DNA of 55,735 nt from an uncultured virus (IMG/VR IMGVR_UViG_3300025127_000014). Its lineage: Duplodnaviria > Heunggongvirae > Uroviricota > Caudoviricetes. Position numbers and translations under genes: made by a program. Positions within the stretch are counted from its first letter, which is position 1. Each line of letters opens with the position of its first letter. A model generated the notes under the pieces. That model ran no database searches and was not told the DNA's origin. It saw only the letters and a list, made by a program, of their open reading frames with translations. The stretch is from IMG/VR virus record IMGVR_UViG_3300025127_000014. One strand, written 5' to 3'. Shown piece by piece: positions 9,124 through 18,706 of this stretch.

Positions 9124-11088
9124 ATGAGAACAATCGAAACAATCAGAAAATTTAAATTATCAGACAACTTTATCGACCAATATAGAGACAAAGAAGTGCC
9201 ATGGGGACCGCTAGGATATGTCACTTTCAAGCGTACTTACTCTCGACGTTTAAACGAATTCGAGCCCGATGCACAAGGTTCTGAAGAATGGTTTCATACT
9301 TGTCGTAGGGTCATTGAGGGCATGTTTAATATGCAGAAGCAGCATGTATTTCAACTTGGTCTTGAGTGGAATGATAATAAAGCACAAAAAACAGCTAAAG
9401 ATGCTTACGATCGATTGTTCAACCTTAAATGGACCCCACCCGGCCGCGGGCTGTGGATGATGGGCACCAAGTTCATTGAAGAGCGCACAGCGGCTGGGTT
9501 GTTCAATTGTGCTTTTCGATCAACCAAAGAGTTATCGACCAAGGGTGGTTATTTGTTTGCATGGATTATGGATGCACTCATGGTTGGCATTGGTGTTGGG
9601 TTTGACACACTAGGCGCTGACACTGTGACAATCGCTGAGCCACAATTTACAAATGACGTTCATCTTGTACAAGATTCACGCGAGGGTTGGGTTGAATCAG
9701 TTAAAATTCTTTTAGATGGTTACTTTTTTGGTACGCAAGTACCGAAGTTTGATTACTCCTTAATTAGGGAATACGGCGCCCCTATAAAAGGGTTCGGAGG
9801 CACATCATCAGGTCCGCAGCCATTAATTGAATTGCATGAAAATTTGAGAGAGCTTTACGACAGCAGAATAGGCCAAAAAATTACATCTGTTGATATTGTA
9901 GATACTGAAAATTTAATTGGTCGCTGTGTTGTGTCTGGTAATGTCAGAAGATCTGCAGCACTCGCCATGGGTTCTCACGATGACATTCACTATCTTGAAA
10001 TGAAAAATGATCAAGAGAAATTGTATCATCATCGGTGGGGCTCAAACAACTCTTTTCATGCGCTCGTAGGCATGGACTATACTTGGCATGCTAATCAATC
10101 ACAAAAGAATGGAGAGCCCGGCTATATCTGGCTAGACAATGCTCGAACCCGAGGTCGGATGGCTGATGAACCTAGAGACGATGATAAAAGTGTTATGGGT
10201 TTTAATCCTTGTGTTGAGCAGCAACTTGAAGACGCCGAATTGTGCTGTCTTGTTGAGACATTCCCTGCCAAACATGAGACATACGACGACTATCTTAAAA
10301 CTTTAAAGATCGCATACCTTTATGGCAAGACTGTTACACTTTCTAATACGCACTGGCCTGAAACGAATGCAAAAATGCTCAAAAATCGTCGTATTGGTCT
10401 TTCTCAATCAGGGGTTGTGCAGGCCTTTAATAAACATGGCCGTAGAGAGATTTTGAACTGGTGCGATAACGCATATGAGCATGTTAAGAGCTTGGATGAA
10501 GATTACTCTGACTGGCTCTGTATCCCTAAATCTGTACGCATGACGTCAATCAAGCCATCAGGTACGGTGTCTTTGCTTAACGGATCAACACCGGGTATTC
10601 ATTTTCCAGAAGATGAATATTATATTAGACGAATTAGGTTCTCAAAAGACAGTAAAATGATTGACAAATTACGAGAAGCAGGGTATAATATTGAAGAAGA
10701 CAAATACACGCCTAATACATTGTGCGTGGAATTCCCTGTTAAAGAGCCATATTTCATGAAAGGAAAGAAAGAAATAAGCATGTGGGAGCAATTAGAAATT
10801 GCTGCTCAATACCAACATTATTGGGCGGACAATTCTGTTTCCGTTACAGTTACGTTTAAGCCTCATGAAGCATCTCAAATTAAAGATGCTCTTGAGATGT
10901 ATGAGACGCGTCTTAAGGCTGTGTCGTTTTTGAAGTATGAAGAAACGGGCTACGAACAAGCACCTTATGAGCCGATTACGAAAGAACAATATGAAGCATT
11001 GGCTGCTATGATCACTCCTGTTACAAGGTTTGATGATGTGTCAGGCGCGGGCACCAAGTTCTGTGACGGCGAGTCTTGTACCATTTAG
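9124..11088 (+). CDS. nrdJ: Class II (adenosylcobalamin) ribonucleotide reductase, monomeric RTPR type
   Basis: PPGRGLW, LFNCAF, VVSGNVRRSA, NPCVEQ, RRIGLS, SIKPSGTVS, C-terminal FCDGESC. Confidence 0.93.
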   Translation: MRTIETIRKFKLSDNFIDQYRDKEVPWGPLGYVTFKRTYSRRLNEFEPDAQGSEEWFHTCRRVIEGMFNMQKQHVFQLGLEWNDNKAQKTAKDAYDRLFNLKWTPPGRGLWMMGTKFIEERTAAGLFNCAFRSTKELSTKGGYLFAWIMDALMVGIGVGFDTLGADTVTIAEPQFTNDVHLVQDSREGWVESVKILLDGYFFGTQVPKFDYSLIREYGAPIKGFGGTSSGPQPLIELHENLRELYDSRIGQKITSVDIVDTENLIGRCVVSGNVRRSAALAMGSHDDIHYLEMKNDQEKLYHHRWGSNNSFHALVGMDYTWHANQSQKNGEPGYIWLDNARTRGRMADEPRDDDKSVMGFNPCVEQQLEDAELCCLVETFPAKHETYDDYLKTLKIAYLYGKTVTLSNTHWPETNAKMLKNRRIGLSQSGVVQAFNKHGRREILNWCDNAYEHVKSLDEDYSDWLCIPKSVRMTSIKPSGTVSLLNGSTPGIHFPEDEYYIRRIRFSKDSKMIDKLREAGYNIEEDKYTPNTLCVEFPVKEPYFMKGKKEISMWEQLEIAAQYQHYWADNSVSVTVTFKPHEASQIKDALEMYETRLKAVSFLKYEETGYEQAPYEPITKEQYEALAAMITPVTRFDDVSGAGTKFCDGESCTI

Positions 11089-11096
11089 GAGGAAAC

Positions 11097-11330
11097 TTGA
11101 AAGATTTTAATCACTTACTAGAAAAACGTGAACTACTTATTAATTGTAAACTAAGAGACACGAAACTTTGCCGCTGGAAGCCAACTGGAAATATCAAAGC
11201 AACTGCTGGCGATAATGTCTGTGTTTCATTGGTGTGTCACAAATGTGATGCTAGAACCAACGTTTTTTTATCAGAAAATAATTACAAAAATCACGAAAAA
11301 TTATTACTAAAGGAGATTGCCCGTGTTTAA
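11097..11330 (+). CDS. Small Cys-rich (possible Zn-binding) protein
   Basis: AGGAGG then TTG at 11097; CHKC and other Cys. Confidence 0.65.
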   Translation: MKDFNHLLEKRELLINCKLRDTKLCRWKPTGNIKATAGDNVCVSLVCHKCDARTNVFLSENNYKNHEKLLLKEIARV

Positions 11331-11595
11331 GCCAGTAAACAGACATATTCTTATTAAGAATAGAGCGCCAAAAATTGAAAATGAGAGCCCTATGGGCATT
11401 TTGTTGCCCGATGACTTCAAGCCCACAGAGGAAAGATATGTTATGCTTGAGGTTCTTGATTGGGCCGAAGATGTTAGATTTAGCCTCGTCGAGGGTAGTG
11501 TCGTGATTGTCGATAACAGCATGATTGAAGAAATTACTGTTAATAACTCGACATATTCTATTATACAAGATAATTATATTGTGGGTATTATTTAA
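11317..11595 (+). CDS. groES: Co-chaperonin GroES-like protein
   Basis: FKPVNRHILI, mobile-loop-like GILLPD, YSIIQDNYIVGII; GroEL present in window. Confidence 0.75.
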   Translation: MPVFKPVNRHILIKNRAPKIENESPMGILLPDDFKPTEERYVMLEVLDWAEDVRFSLVEGSVVIVDNSMIEEITVNNSTYSIIQDNYIVGII

Positions 11596-11610
11596 TAGGA
11601 CACAAAATGA

Positions 11611-12516
11611 ATGGACAAAAACTTTTACAACGAGGCCTCTGCGGCTAAGTTAGGATGGGATCCGTCTTGGTTTGGTGAGAAATATTTTGACGACAAGCTT
11701 TCAAGAGCAATTAAAATATTTCAACGTTCGTTAGGCCTCATTGCTGATGGCTTGTGCGGGCCGACGACTTTTCGTCGTCTTTGGACAAAACGCCAAGAAC
11801 AGATTGACAATCACACCCCTGACAAAGCACAGTATTCGAATTATATCGTATTCAATGGCAATTTTACTCAGATTGATTGGGATAAAGTTGTGCTTTGGTC
11901 TGAGCCAAAAGGACTAAAAGCCAAGAAAGGTACGTACTATGATTACACAGGCCGGCCTAAGCGTAAGATTCGTTATTTTGTAAATCATTGGGATGTGTGT
12001 CTAAGCTCAAAATCGTGCCAAAGAGTTTTAGATAAAAGAGGAATATCTGTTCACTTTTTGATTGATAATGACGGCACTATTTATCAGACATTAGATCTGC
12101 AGCATGCAGCATGGCATGCCGGCTCAGAGCGAACCAATAGACCTTCGATTGGAGTTGAGATAACCAACGCGTATTATCCTAAGTATCAGTCGTGGTATGT
12201 CAAGAACGGTTTTGGCGAAAGACCAATAATTGACAAGGCTTTCGTTAATGGAAATGAGCTTGGTCCGTTTACTGGCTTCTACACTGAGCAAATTAAAGCA
12301 TTAAAGGCACTTTGGAAAGCCATACACAATGCAACTGGAATACCTTATCAAACACCATTAAACCAATTTGATAAAACATCAAATTATTATCAACAAAATG
12401 TGGCCTATGGTAAGTTTGAGGGCTTTGTTAGTCACTACCATGTTAGTAAAAGAAAAATTGATTGCGCTGGCTTAGACATAAAAACGCTTCTTGATGAAAT
12501 AAAAGAAGAAACTTGA
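11611..12516 (+). CDS. N-acetylmuramoyl-L-alanine amidase (endolysin) with peptidoglycan-binding domain
   Basis: FQRSLGLIADGLCGPTT (PG-binding); SVHFLIDNDGTIYQ, AWHAG, SIGVEI, SHYH...KIDC. Confidence 0.88.
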   Translation: MDKNFYNEASAAKLGWDPSWFGEKYFDDKLSRAIKIFQRSLGLIADGLCGPTTFRRLWTKRQEQIDNHTPDKAQYSNYIVFNGNFTQIDWDKVVLWSEPKGLKAKKGTYYDYTGRPKRKIRYFVNHWDVCLSSKSCQRVLDKRGISVHFLIDNDGTIYQTLDLQHAAWHAGSERTNRPSIGVEITNAYYPKYQSWYVKNGFGERPIIDKAFVNGNELGPFTGFYTEQIKALKALWKAIHNATGIPYQTPLNQFDKTSNYYQQNVAYGKFEGFVSHYHVSKRKIDCAGLDIKTLLDEIKEET

Positions 12517-12541
12517 CAATATCACTGCCATGATGTATAAT
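12513..12541 (+). promoter_or_regulatory. Consensus sigma70 promoter; probably leaderless transcript
   Basis: TTGACA-17-TATAAT; ATG at 12547, no SD. Confidence 0.8.
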
Positions 12542-12546
12542 TAAGC

Positions 12547-13359
12547 ATGGTCTATGAATACACAGATATTGTAGTTGGCAGTTCGTTGCAAGCTGTAACA
12601 TATGCTTTCAATAATCGATACCCCATATTTTTTTCTAATTTAGATAAGCCTTTTAGATTTGATTTTTTAGATTATAACTTAGATCTATCATTTTTGAAAC
12701 TTTCGGTTGAACCTAAAACATTGGCAACATTTAACGGTGACATGAAGGTTGGCGTACCTGAGCAATTACTGTGGGAAAGATTAATTTTTTTGCTTTCCCT
12801 CAGCGGACTAACACCAGTTATCAATATCTGTAAGAGCATCAGATATGATCATGGTATTATTACATGTTTTAATGAGTATTCTAAAATTGCAGAAGTCCGT
12901 TACAAACGTAAACATGATTTTACTGCTACAAATAAAACTAATAAATTAATTTGTTACGATTGGATTGCATTTAATAGTGGTGGAAAACACGAAATTGATT
13001 ACATAAAAACCAATGATAATTTTGTCGATGAAATATGGTTTTATCCATCTGATAGAATTTGTGGCAATACCAAAGTTAAAGATGCGTGTGCTGTTTCCTA
13101 CATTGATAAAGAATTAATAGATGATTTTGAATTTTCGGAAACAATGGCTAAGTTCAAAGTTATCAAAGAGATGGAGGCACGAGGAATGAAAGGTTTATTG
13201 AGCAGCTATGGACCAAATGGCAAACCCAAGCATTATAATTTTAAAACATCAACGATCGGGAGACAAAAGAATTTTTATACACCAGCAATTACGGATAGAG
13301 AATTCAACAATCTTAAAACATCGTGCTTACATTATCAAAAATATTTGAGGTACTTGTGA
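12547..13359 (+). CDS. Hypothetical protein with degenerate Rossmann-like N-terminus
   Basis: YTDIVVGSSLQAVTYA resembles a dinucleotide-binding start without full GxGxxG. Confidence 0.7.
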   Translation: MVYEYTDIVVGSSLQAVTYAFNNRYPIFFSNLDKPFRFDFLDYNLDLSFLKLSVEPKTLATFNGDMKVGVPEQLLWERLIFLLSLSGLTPVINICKSIRYDHGIITCFNEYSKIAEVRYKRKHDFTATNKTNKLICYDWIAFNSGGKHEIDYIKTNDNFVDEIWFYPSDRICGNTKVKDACAVSYIDKELIDDFEFSETMAKFKVIKEMEARGMKGLLSSYGPNGKPKHYNFKTSTIGRQKNFYTPAITDREFNNLKTSCLHYQKYLRYL

Positions 13360-14243
13360 GCAAACATTTGCATCTTGCAGGCATTGTGCCAATAGCTAAT
13401 TTTGATGATACATTTGGCATGGAATATCCATGGTGTTTATTACCTGTTGATCAACAATTTTCCATGATTCAAAAATCAGTTTTTGAATGTGCTATAGCAG
13501 GGTGCCAAACGATATGGATTGTGGCCAATGATGATATGGCTCCAATAATCAGAAAAACTTTGGGTGATTGGGTATATGATCCAGTTTACTATTACAGAAA
13601 GGATAAATTTTACAAGGACAAAAGAAAAGAAATACCAATTTATTATGTACCTGTTCACCCTAAAGACCGCGACCGACGCGATTCATATGGCTGGTCCGCT
13701 CTTTATGGCATGTATTCAGCGTGGTATGTCGCTTCACGTCTTTCTAAGTGGATTGTGCCTGAAAAATATTATGTGACATTTCCACATTCTGTTTTCAACA
13801 TTTACTCTTTACGTGAGAATAGACAACTTATATCACATCATGAGAATAATTTCTTCTTATCGTACGATGGACAGACAATTAAAAACAACCGGCATTTGCC
13901 TTTCACAATGTTTGGCGAAGACTTTAAAAATTGTCGACGCTTTGTAAACAAAGAAACAACACATACTTACGAAGATTTATTAGAGGGTGAGAAATATCCG
14001 TCTCGTAAGTTGCCGATAGACCAGCGCTGGTCAGCACGCAAGTTTAATATCAGTAAAGTTTTCTCCCAAGTTTCAGAAAACAATTGTCACGTTGTACCTT
14101 TGGAGTGGTTCTGGGATATTGGTGACTGGGATGGTTATAGGCAATACTTATCTAGCGAAAACTTTATACAAAAGCCTTCTGACAACTTGACAGCGACCCA
14201 TAAACACACTATACTATATAATACTCAGGAGGGTGAAGAATGA
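13356..14243 (+). CDS. Sugar-phosphate nucleotidyltransferase-like protein (divergent)
   Basis: AGIVPIA, PWCLLPV, AGCQTIWIV, WFWDIGDWDGY; GAGGT then GTG at 13356. Confidence 0.6.
   Translation: MSKHLHLAGIVPIANFDDTFGMEYPWCLLPVDQQFSMIQKSVFECAIAGCQTIWIVANDDMAPIIRKTLGDWVYDPVYYYRKDKFYKDKRKEIPIYYVPVHPKDRDRRDSYGWSALYGMYSAWYVASRLSKWIVPEKYYVTFPHSVFNIYSLRENRQLISHHENNFFLSYDGQTIKNNRHLPFTMFGEDFKNCRRFVNKETTHTYEDLLEGEKYPSRKLPIDQRWSARKFNISKVFSQVSENNCHVVPLEWFWDIGDWDGYRQYLSSENFIQKPSDNLTATHKHTILYNTQEGEE
14187..14215 (+). promoter_or_regulatory. Sigma70-type promoter for dnaE
   Basis: TTGACA-17-TATACT. Confidence 0.75.
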
Positions 14244-17200
14244 ATCGTGTTGATTCTAAGATTAAATTTGTTGGGCTTCACGCCCACTCAGTTGCTGGTT
14301 CCATTTTCGATGCAATTGGGTTTCCGCAAGATCATATGGATTTTGCTTATCAAAATGGGTGTGATGCGCTAGCATTGACTGACCACGGCAACATGAATGG
14401 GCTTGCATATCAAGTTCTGCATGCTAAAAAGATGCAGTCTGAGGGCAAGGAGTTCAAGCCAATCTTTGGCTGCGAAGCATACTTTACACCTTCTATCGCT
14501 GAATGGCATGACGCATATAATCAAGCCATGGCAGATAAGAAGAAGGCCCGCGCAATTAAAAAAGATGCCCAGTCTGGTGCTACTGTTGAAGACGAAGGCG
14601 ACAGCAAGAAAATTCAAGGTATTCTCAAGCGCCGCCGACACCTTGTATTGCTTGTCCAGAATCAAACAGGGCTTAACAATCTATTTAAATTAGTATCAGA
14701 ATCATACCAACCAGAGAATTTCTATCGCTACCCACGTATCGACTACGCGCTACTTAAGAAGTACAACGAGGGCATCATTGCTTCCTCTGCTTGTCTTGGT
14801 GGGGTGTATGCTGGTAACTACTGGGAAAACCGTGAAGAAGGAACCGAAGCGGTGCTTGAAGCTATGCGTGAATCAACAAGACGTATGGTCGACATTTTTG
14901 GTGATCGCTGGTATGCCGAGATCCAATGGAACAACATAAAAGAGCAACATGAACTCAACCAGTATGTAATCCAAGTGGCAAAAGAGTTTGGTGTTTCTCT
15001 AGTCACCACTGCTGATAGCCACTATCCAAACCCTGATGCTTGGAAGGATCGCGAACTCTACAAGCGCCTAGGCTGGCTCGGCAAAGGTACACCCTCTTGG
15101 GCTGAAGGAGAGTCCGAATTACCAGACGGGGTTGAAGAGATTGGCTATGAGTTGTACCCTAAGAACGGAGATCAAATTTGGGAAAGTTACAAACAATATT
15201 CCCAAGAGCAAGGTTTTGAATACGATGATGAATTAATTTTGGAGAGTATTGAAGAAACACACCGTATCGCTTTTGACCGTATTGAAAGCTTCTTGCCTGA
15301 CAATACTGTACGTCTACCTGAATTTGTCGTCCCAGCCGGCTTCACGGCTACTCAGGCCTTGGTAAATTTTGCGCTTGAGGGTCTTAAGGACAGAGGGCTG
15401 CACACAAGCAAGGAATACACTGATAGGCTTAAGAGCGAACTTAATGTTATTGATGATCGTGGTTTCTCAAAGTATTTCTTGACCATGAAAGCTATCGTTG
15501 ATGTTACTGACAAGATGATGCTTGCTGGCCCGGGCCGCGGCTCTGCTGCTGGCTCACTCGTTGCCTACGCTCTAGGTATTACGCAGATTGACCCCATCAA
15601 ACACGGTCTTCTGTTCTCACGCTTCCTTCGTTCTGATGCAACAGACTATCCTGATATTGACTATGATGTGTCAGACCCGATGCTCTTGAAAGAAAAGCTT
15701 GTGGAAATGTGGGGTGAGAACATGGTCGCACCAATTTCTAACTGGAATACATTGCAACTCAAATCTTTGATTAAAGATATTTCGAAGCTGTATAATATCC
15801 CATTCACCGAGGCCAACACAGTTACATCTATCATGATCCGTGAGGCGACACCAGAGGCAAAACGAAAGCATGGAATCAAGGCAGGTGTTTACGTGCCAAC
15901 GTGGGAAGAGGTAATGGAGTTCTCGCCTACCCTACAATTATACTTAGCTAAATATCCACAAGTTAAGACGCACGTTGAGGGGCTGGTCGGTCAGGTACGT
16001 TCGTGTTCTCGACACGCCGGCGGAGTCGTTATCGCGGAAGACTTAGATAAGAGCATGCCACTGATCAACTCAGGTGGTGTCCGTCAGACTCCGTGGGCCG
16101 AAGGCCAGAACGTTCGCCACCTTGAACCAATGGGATTCATTAAGTTTGATCTGCTTGGACTTTCAACGCTGAAGATGATGGAGGTATGTATTCAACATAT
16201 TTTACGCCGTCATCATGGCGTGGAAGAACCGACCTTCTCACAAGTCAGGGATTATTATAATGAACATCTTCATCCTGATGTGATCAATCTTGAAGATCAG
16301 GCGGTGTATGAAAACATTTTCCATACCGGTAAATGGGCAGGGGTCTTTCAGTTTACAGAATCCGGTGCACAAGGTTTCTGCACCCGCGTGAAGCCTCGTA
16401 ACATTATTGATGTTTCTGCTATTACTTCAATCTTTCGGCCGGGCCCTCTGTCTGCTGGTGTAGATGCTGATTACGTTGAAGCCAAGAATCACCCACACTA
16501 CATCAAATATCTTTCTGACGAAGCGAGAGAGATCACAGAAGAAACATTTGGCTTTCTAATCTTCCAAGAACAAATCGCTCTCCTTGCACACAAGCTTGGC
16601 GGTCTGACACTTGATGAAGGTAACATGCTTCGTAAGGTGTTGACAAAGAAAGGAACAGGCAAGAACAGCGTCAAGGGTAGACTGCACGATAAATTTATCA
16701 CTGGGTGTGTATCCAAGAATATTGGTAGAGATGAAGCACAGGCACTGTGGGATAAGTTCGAATACTTTTCTGGATATGGTTTTAACAAGTCGCATGCTGT
16801 TTCATACAGCGTGATCTCGTATCAATGTGCGTGGCTTTTGAATTATTATGAAGCAGAGTGGGTGGCAGCGTTCCTTGACAAGGAGCCTGAGACACGCAAG
16901 GAGAAGGCAATTAATATTGCTAAGTCTTTAGGGTATTCAATTGCACCGGTTGATGTTAACAAGTCTGGGCGTGTTTGGGAAATTGCCGAAGATAACTCCA
17001 CGCTTATTCAACCTTTAACGTCAATCAAGGGTTTTGGAGATTCGGCACTTGAACAGATTCTTGATCATCGTCCGTTTAACGATATTGAAGACTTGCTCTT
17101 CCGTGAGGAAATAACTTATTCAAAGCTGAACAAAAAGGCGCTAGATGCTCTGTGTCGTGCCGGCGCCATGGATAATTTGGTTGACGAACGTTTCTCGGGT

Positions 17201-17671
17201 CGCAAACATTTCTGGTCTGCCGCGGTTGTTGACAGGCCTAAGAACAAAAAGAAGTTTGCTGAGAACATTGATATCTATGGCGCTGAAGGAGACTTTAGTG
17301 AAGAAGAGATTATCCACTTTAAAACTGAATTGACCGGTGTCTTTCCGATGAACTTAGTTATTAGCACTGATACGATTACTCGGCTGCGCGAAAAATTTAT
17401 TCCGCCTATCTCAGAGTTTGATCCGGATTTGTGTGTTTGTTGGTTTATACCACGCAAGATCATCCCCAAGAAGACAAAGAATGGCAAGGCTTATTGGATT
17501 GTTGAAGTTATTGACTCCAACAATGAGACAGAGAAGATTAGGTGCTGGGGTATCAAGCCAGAAAAAGACAAGATTTTCGTCAATAGACCTTACATGGCTA
17601 AACTTAAATACGACGAACAGTGGGGTTTCTCAACTTATGCGGTCGGAAAGACATTTAAACTACTTGGGTGA
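14240..17671 (+). CDS. dnaE: DNA polymerase III alpha subunit (family C) with PHP domain
   Basis: LHAHS, ALTDHGNM, GCEAY, DSHY, GPGRGSAAGSLVAYALGIT, PDIDYD, HAGGVVI, KFDLLGL, YGFNKSHA. Confidence 0.96.
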   Translation: MNRVDSKIKFVGLHAHSVAGSIFDAIGFPQDHMDFAYQNGCDALALTDHGNMNGLAYQVLHAKKMQSEGKEFKPIFGCEAYFTPSIAEWHDAYNQAMADKKKARAIKKDAQSGATVEDEGDSKKIQGILKRRRHLVLLVQNQTGLNNLFKLVSESYQPENFYRYPRIDYALLKKYNEGIIASSACLGGVYAGNYWENREEGTEAVLEAMRESTRRMVDIFGDRWYAEIQWNNIKEQHELNQYVIQVAKEFGVSLVTTADSHYPNPDAWKDRELYKRLGWLGKGTPSWAEGESELPDGVEEIGYELYPKNGDQIWESYKQYSQEQGFEYDDELILESIEETHRIAFDRIESFLPDNTVRLPEFVVPAGFTATQALVNFALEGLKDRGLHTSKEYTDRLKSELNVIDDRGFSKYFLTMKAIVDVTDKMMLAGPGRGSAAGSLVAYALGITQIDPIKHGLLFSRFLRSDATDYPDIDYDVSDPMLLKEKLVEMWGENMVAPISNWNTLQLKSLIKDISKLYNIPFTEANTVTSIMIREATPEAKRKHGIKAGVYVPTWEEVMEFSPTLQLYLAKYPQVKTHVEGLVGQVRSCSRHAGGVVIAEDLDKSMPLINSGGVRQTPWAEGQNVRHLEPMGFIKFDLLGLSTLKMMEVCIQHILRRHHGVEEPTFSQVRDYYNEHLHPDVINLEDQAVYENIFHTGKWAGVFQFTESGAQGFCTRVKPRNIIDVSAITSIFRPGPLSAGVDADYVEAKNHPHYIKYLSDEAREITEETFGFLIFQEQIALLAHKLGGLTLDEGNMLRKVLTKKGTGKNSVKGRLHDKFITGCVSKNIGRDEAQALWDKFEYFSGYGFNKSHAVSYSVISYQCAWLLNYYEAEWVAAFLDKEPETRKEKAINIAKSLGYSIAPVDVNKSGRVWEIAEDNSTLIQPLTSIKGFGDSALEQILDHRPFNDIEDLLFREEITYSKLNKKALDALCRAGAMDNLVDERFSGRKHFWSAAVVDRPKNKKKFAENIDIYGAEGDFSEEEIIHFKTELTGVFPMNLVISTDTITRLREKFIPPISEFDPDLCVCWFIPRKIIPKKTKNGKAYWIVEVIDSNNETEKIRCWGIKPEKDKIFVNRPYMAKLKYDEQWGFSTYAVGKTFKLLG

Positions 17672-17697
17672 GCTAATTACAGCACGGAGTAAATGTC

Positions 17698-18393
17698 GTG
17701 CGTGCATCCAATTTATTAAAATGGAAAAGAACTTTGAATGAACTTAGATTCAAACACAGTGAACTTGAATTTATCAAGGACATTAACGAATCTCATGCTC
17801 AGGAATTTCAACTTTACTTGGAAGATTTTTGTAGGCTAAAGGAAGTGGACTTGGTTGATTTAAATAAGAATCTTTTGGCTGCTCAGTCTATAAAGATTGA
17901 AGAAAGAAAACAAGAGAAACTTTCACTTCCCGACACTGAGATAGACGAGACAGGAGCGTTAGTCGTTTACCATGATACACCGGAGCCAGTCACTGATGAA
18001 GAAATTTTGGTAAAAGATGGAAGAGAGTTATCAGATGCATTTGCTAAACTTTTTAAACAAATTGCGTTATACCTCCATCCTGATCGGCTGCAAAATCTAT
18101 CTGACGATGAGAAGAAAGAGCGCCTTGAGTTATTTAAAGAGGCGCAAAAAGCTTTGAAAGAGCAAAGATATTATTTTCTTCTAGACCTGTCCGAAAGGTT
18201 TGGTGTCAGAACACCTAAAAATTATAAGCAACAAACTCGCTGGATGAAATCTAAGATTCAAGAGATCAATTCTGAAATTGAAAGCGAAATGATTACTTAC
18301 AATTACAAATTTGCTGAATGTGAAACTGAAGAAGATAAAGAAAGGTTGATGAAAAATTTTATATATCAAGTTTTTAAGGTTAACGTAGAATAA
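17698..18393 (+). CDS. Coiled-coil protein with J-domain-like HPD motif
   Basis: LFKQIALYLHPDR....EKKERLELFKEAQKA. Confidence 0.7.
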   Translation: MRASNLLKWKRTLNELRFKHSELEFIKDINESHAQEFQLYLEDFCRLKEVDLVDLNKNLLAAQSIKIEERKQEKLSLPDTEIDETGALVVYHDTPEPVTDEEILVKDGRELSDAFAKLFKQIALYLHPDRLQNLSDDEKKERLELFKEAQKALKEQRYYFLLDLSERFGVRTPKNYKQQTRWMKSKIQEINSEIESEMITYNYKFAECETEEDKERLMKNFIYQVFKVNVE

Positions 18394-18397
18394 TTGC

Positions 18398-18426
18398 TTG
18401 ACAACCAAACCTTATGCTGCTATATT
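18398..18426 (+). promoter_or_regulatory. Sigma70-type promoter
   Basis: TTGACA-17-TATATT with extended TG. Confidence 0.75.
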
Positions 18427-18451
18427 ATTTAAGTAAAACAAAGGAGGGCCC

Positions 18452-18706
18452 GTGGCCACATCAAACAATCAAAAGCAACAATATGTTAAGGAATATATCC
18501 GATCACTCAAGGCCATCGAGGATTGCATTGAACCTTATCAAGAACAAAAACGAGAACTACGCAGTGAGTTCCGCAACAATGGATGGCTGAACACAGATGA
18601 GATCCGCGCTGCTGTTAAGGCGTATCGTCTTTTCAAGGGCAAGGTTAACATCGATGAAGTTGTTCAAAACTTTGAAATTATTTCAGGAGAAACAGAAGAT
18701 GCCTAA
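18452..18706 (+). CDS. Small helical protein, possibly dsDNA-binding (GapR/T4 DsbA-like)
   Basis: AAGGAGG RBS; YIRSLKAIEDCIEPYQEQKRELRSEF pattern. Confidence 0.65.
   Translation: MATSNNQKQQYVKEYIRSLKAIEDCIEPYQEQKRELRSEFRNNGWLNTDEIRAAVKAYRLFKGKVNIDEVVQNFEIISGETEDA

Noticed and set aside
7736..17671. Inteins or introns in helicase, RNR or DnaE
   Set aside because: Lengths are normal, frames are uninterrupted, and no splicing or homing endonuclease motifs were seen
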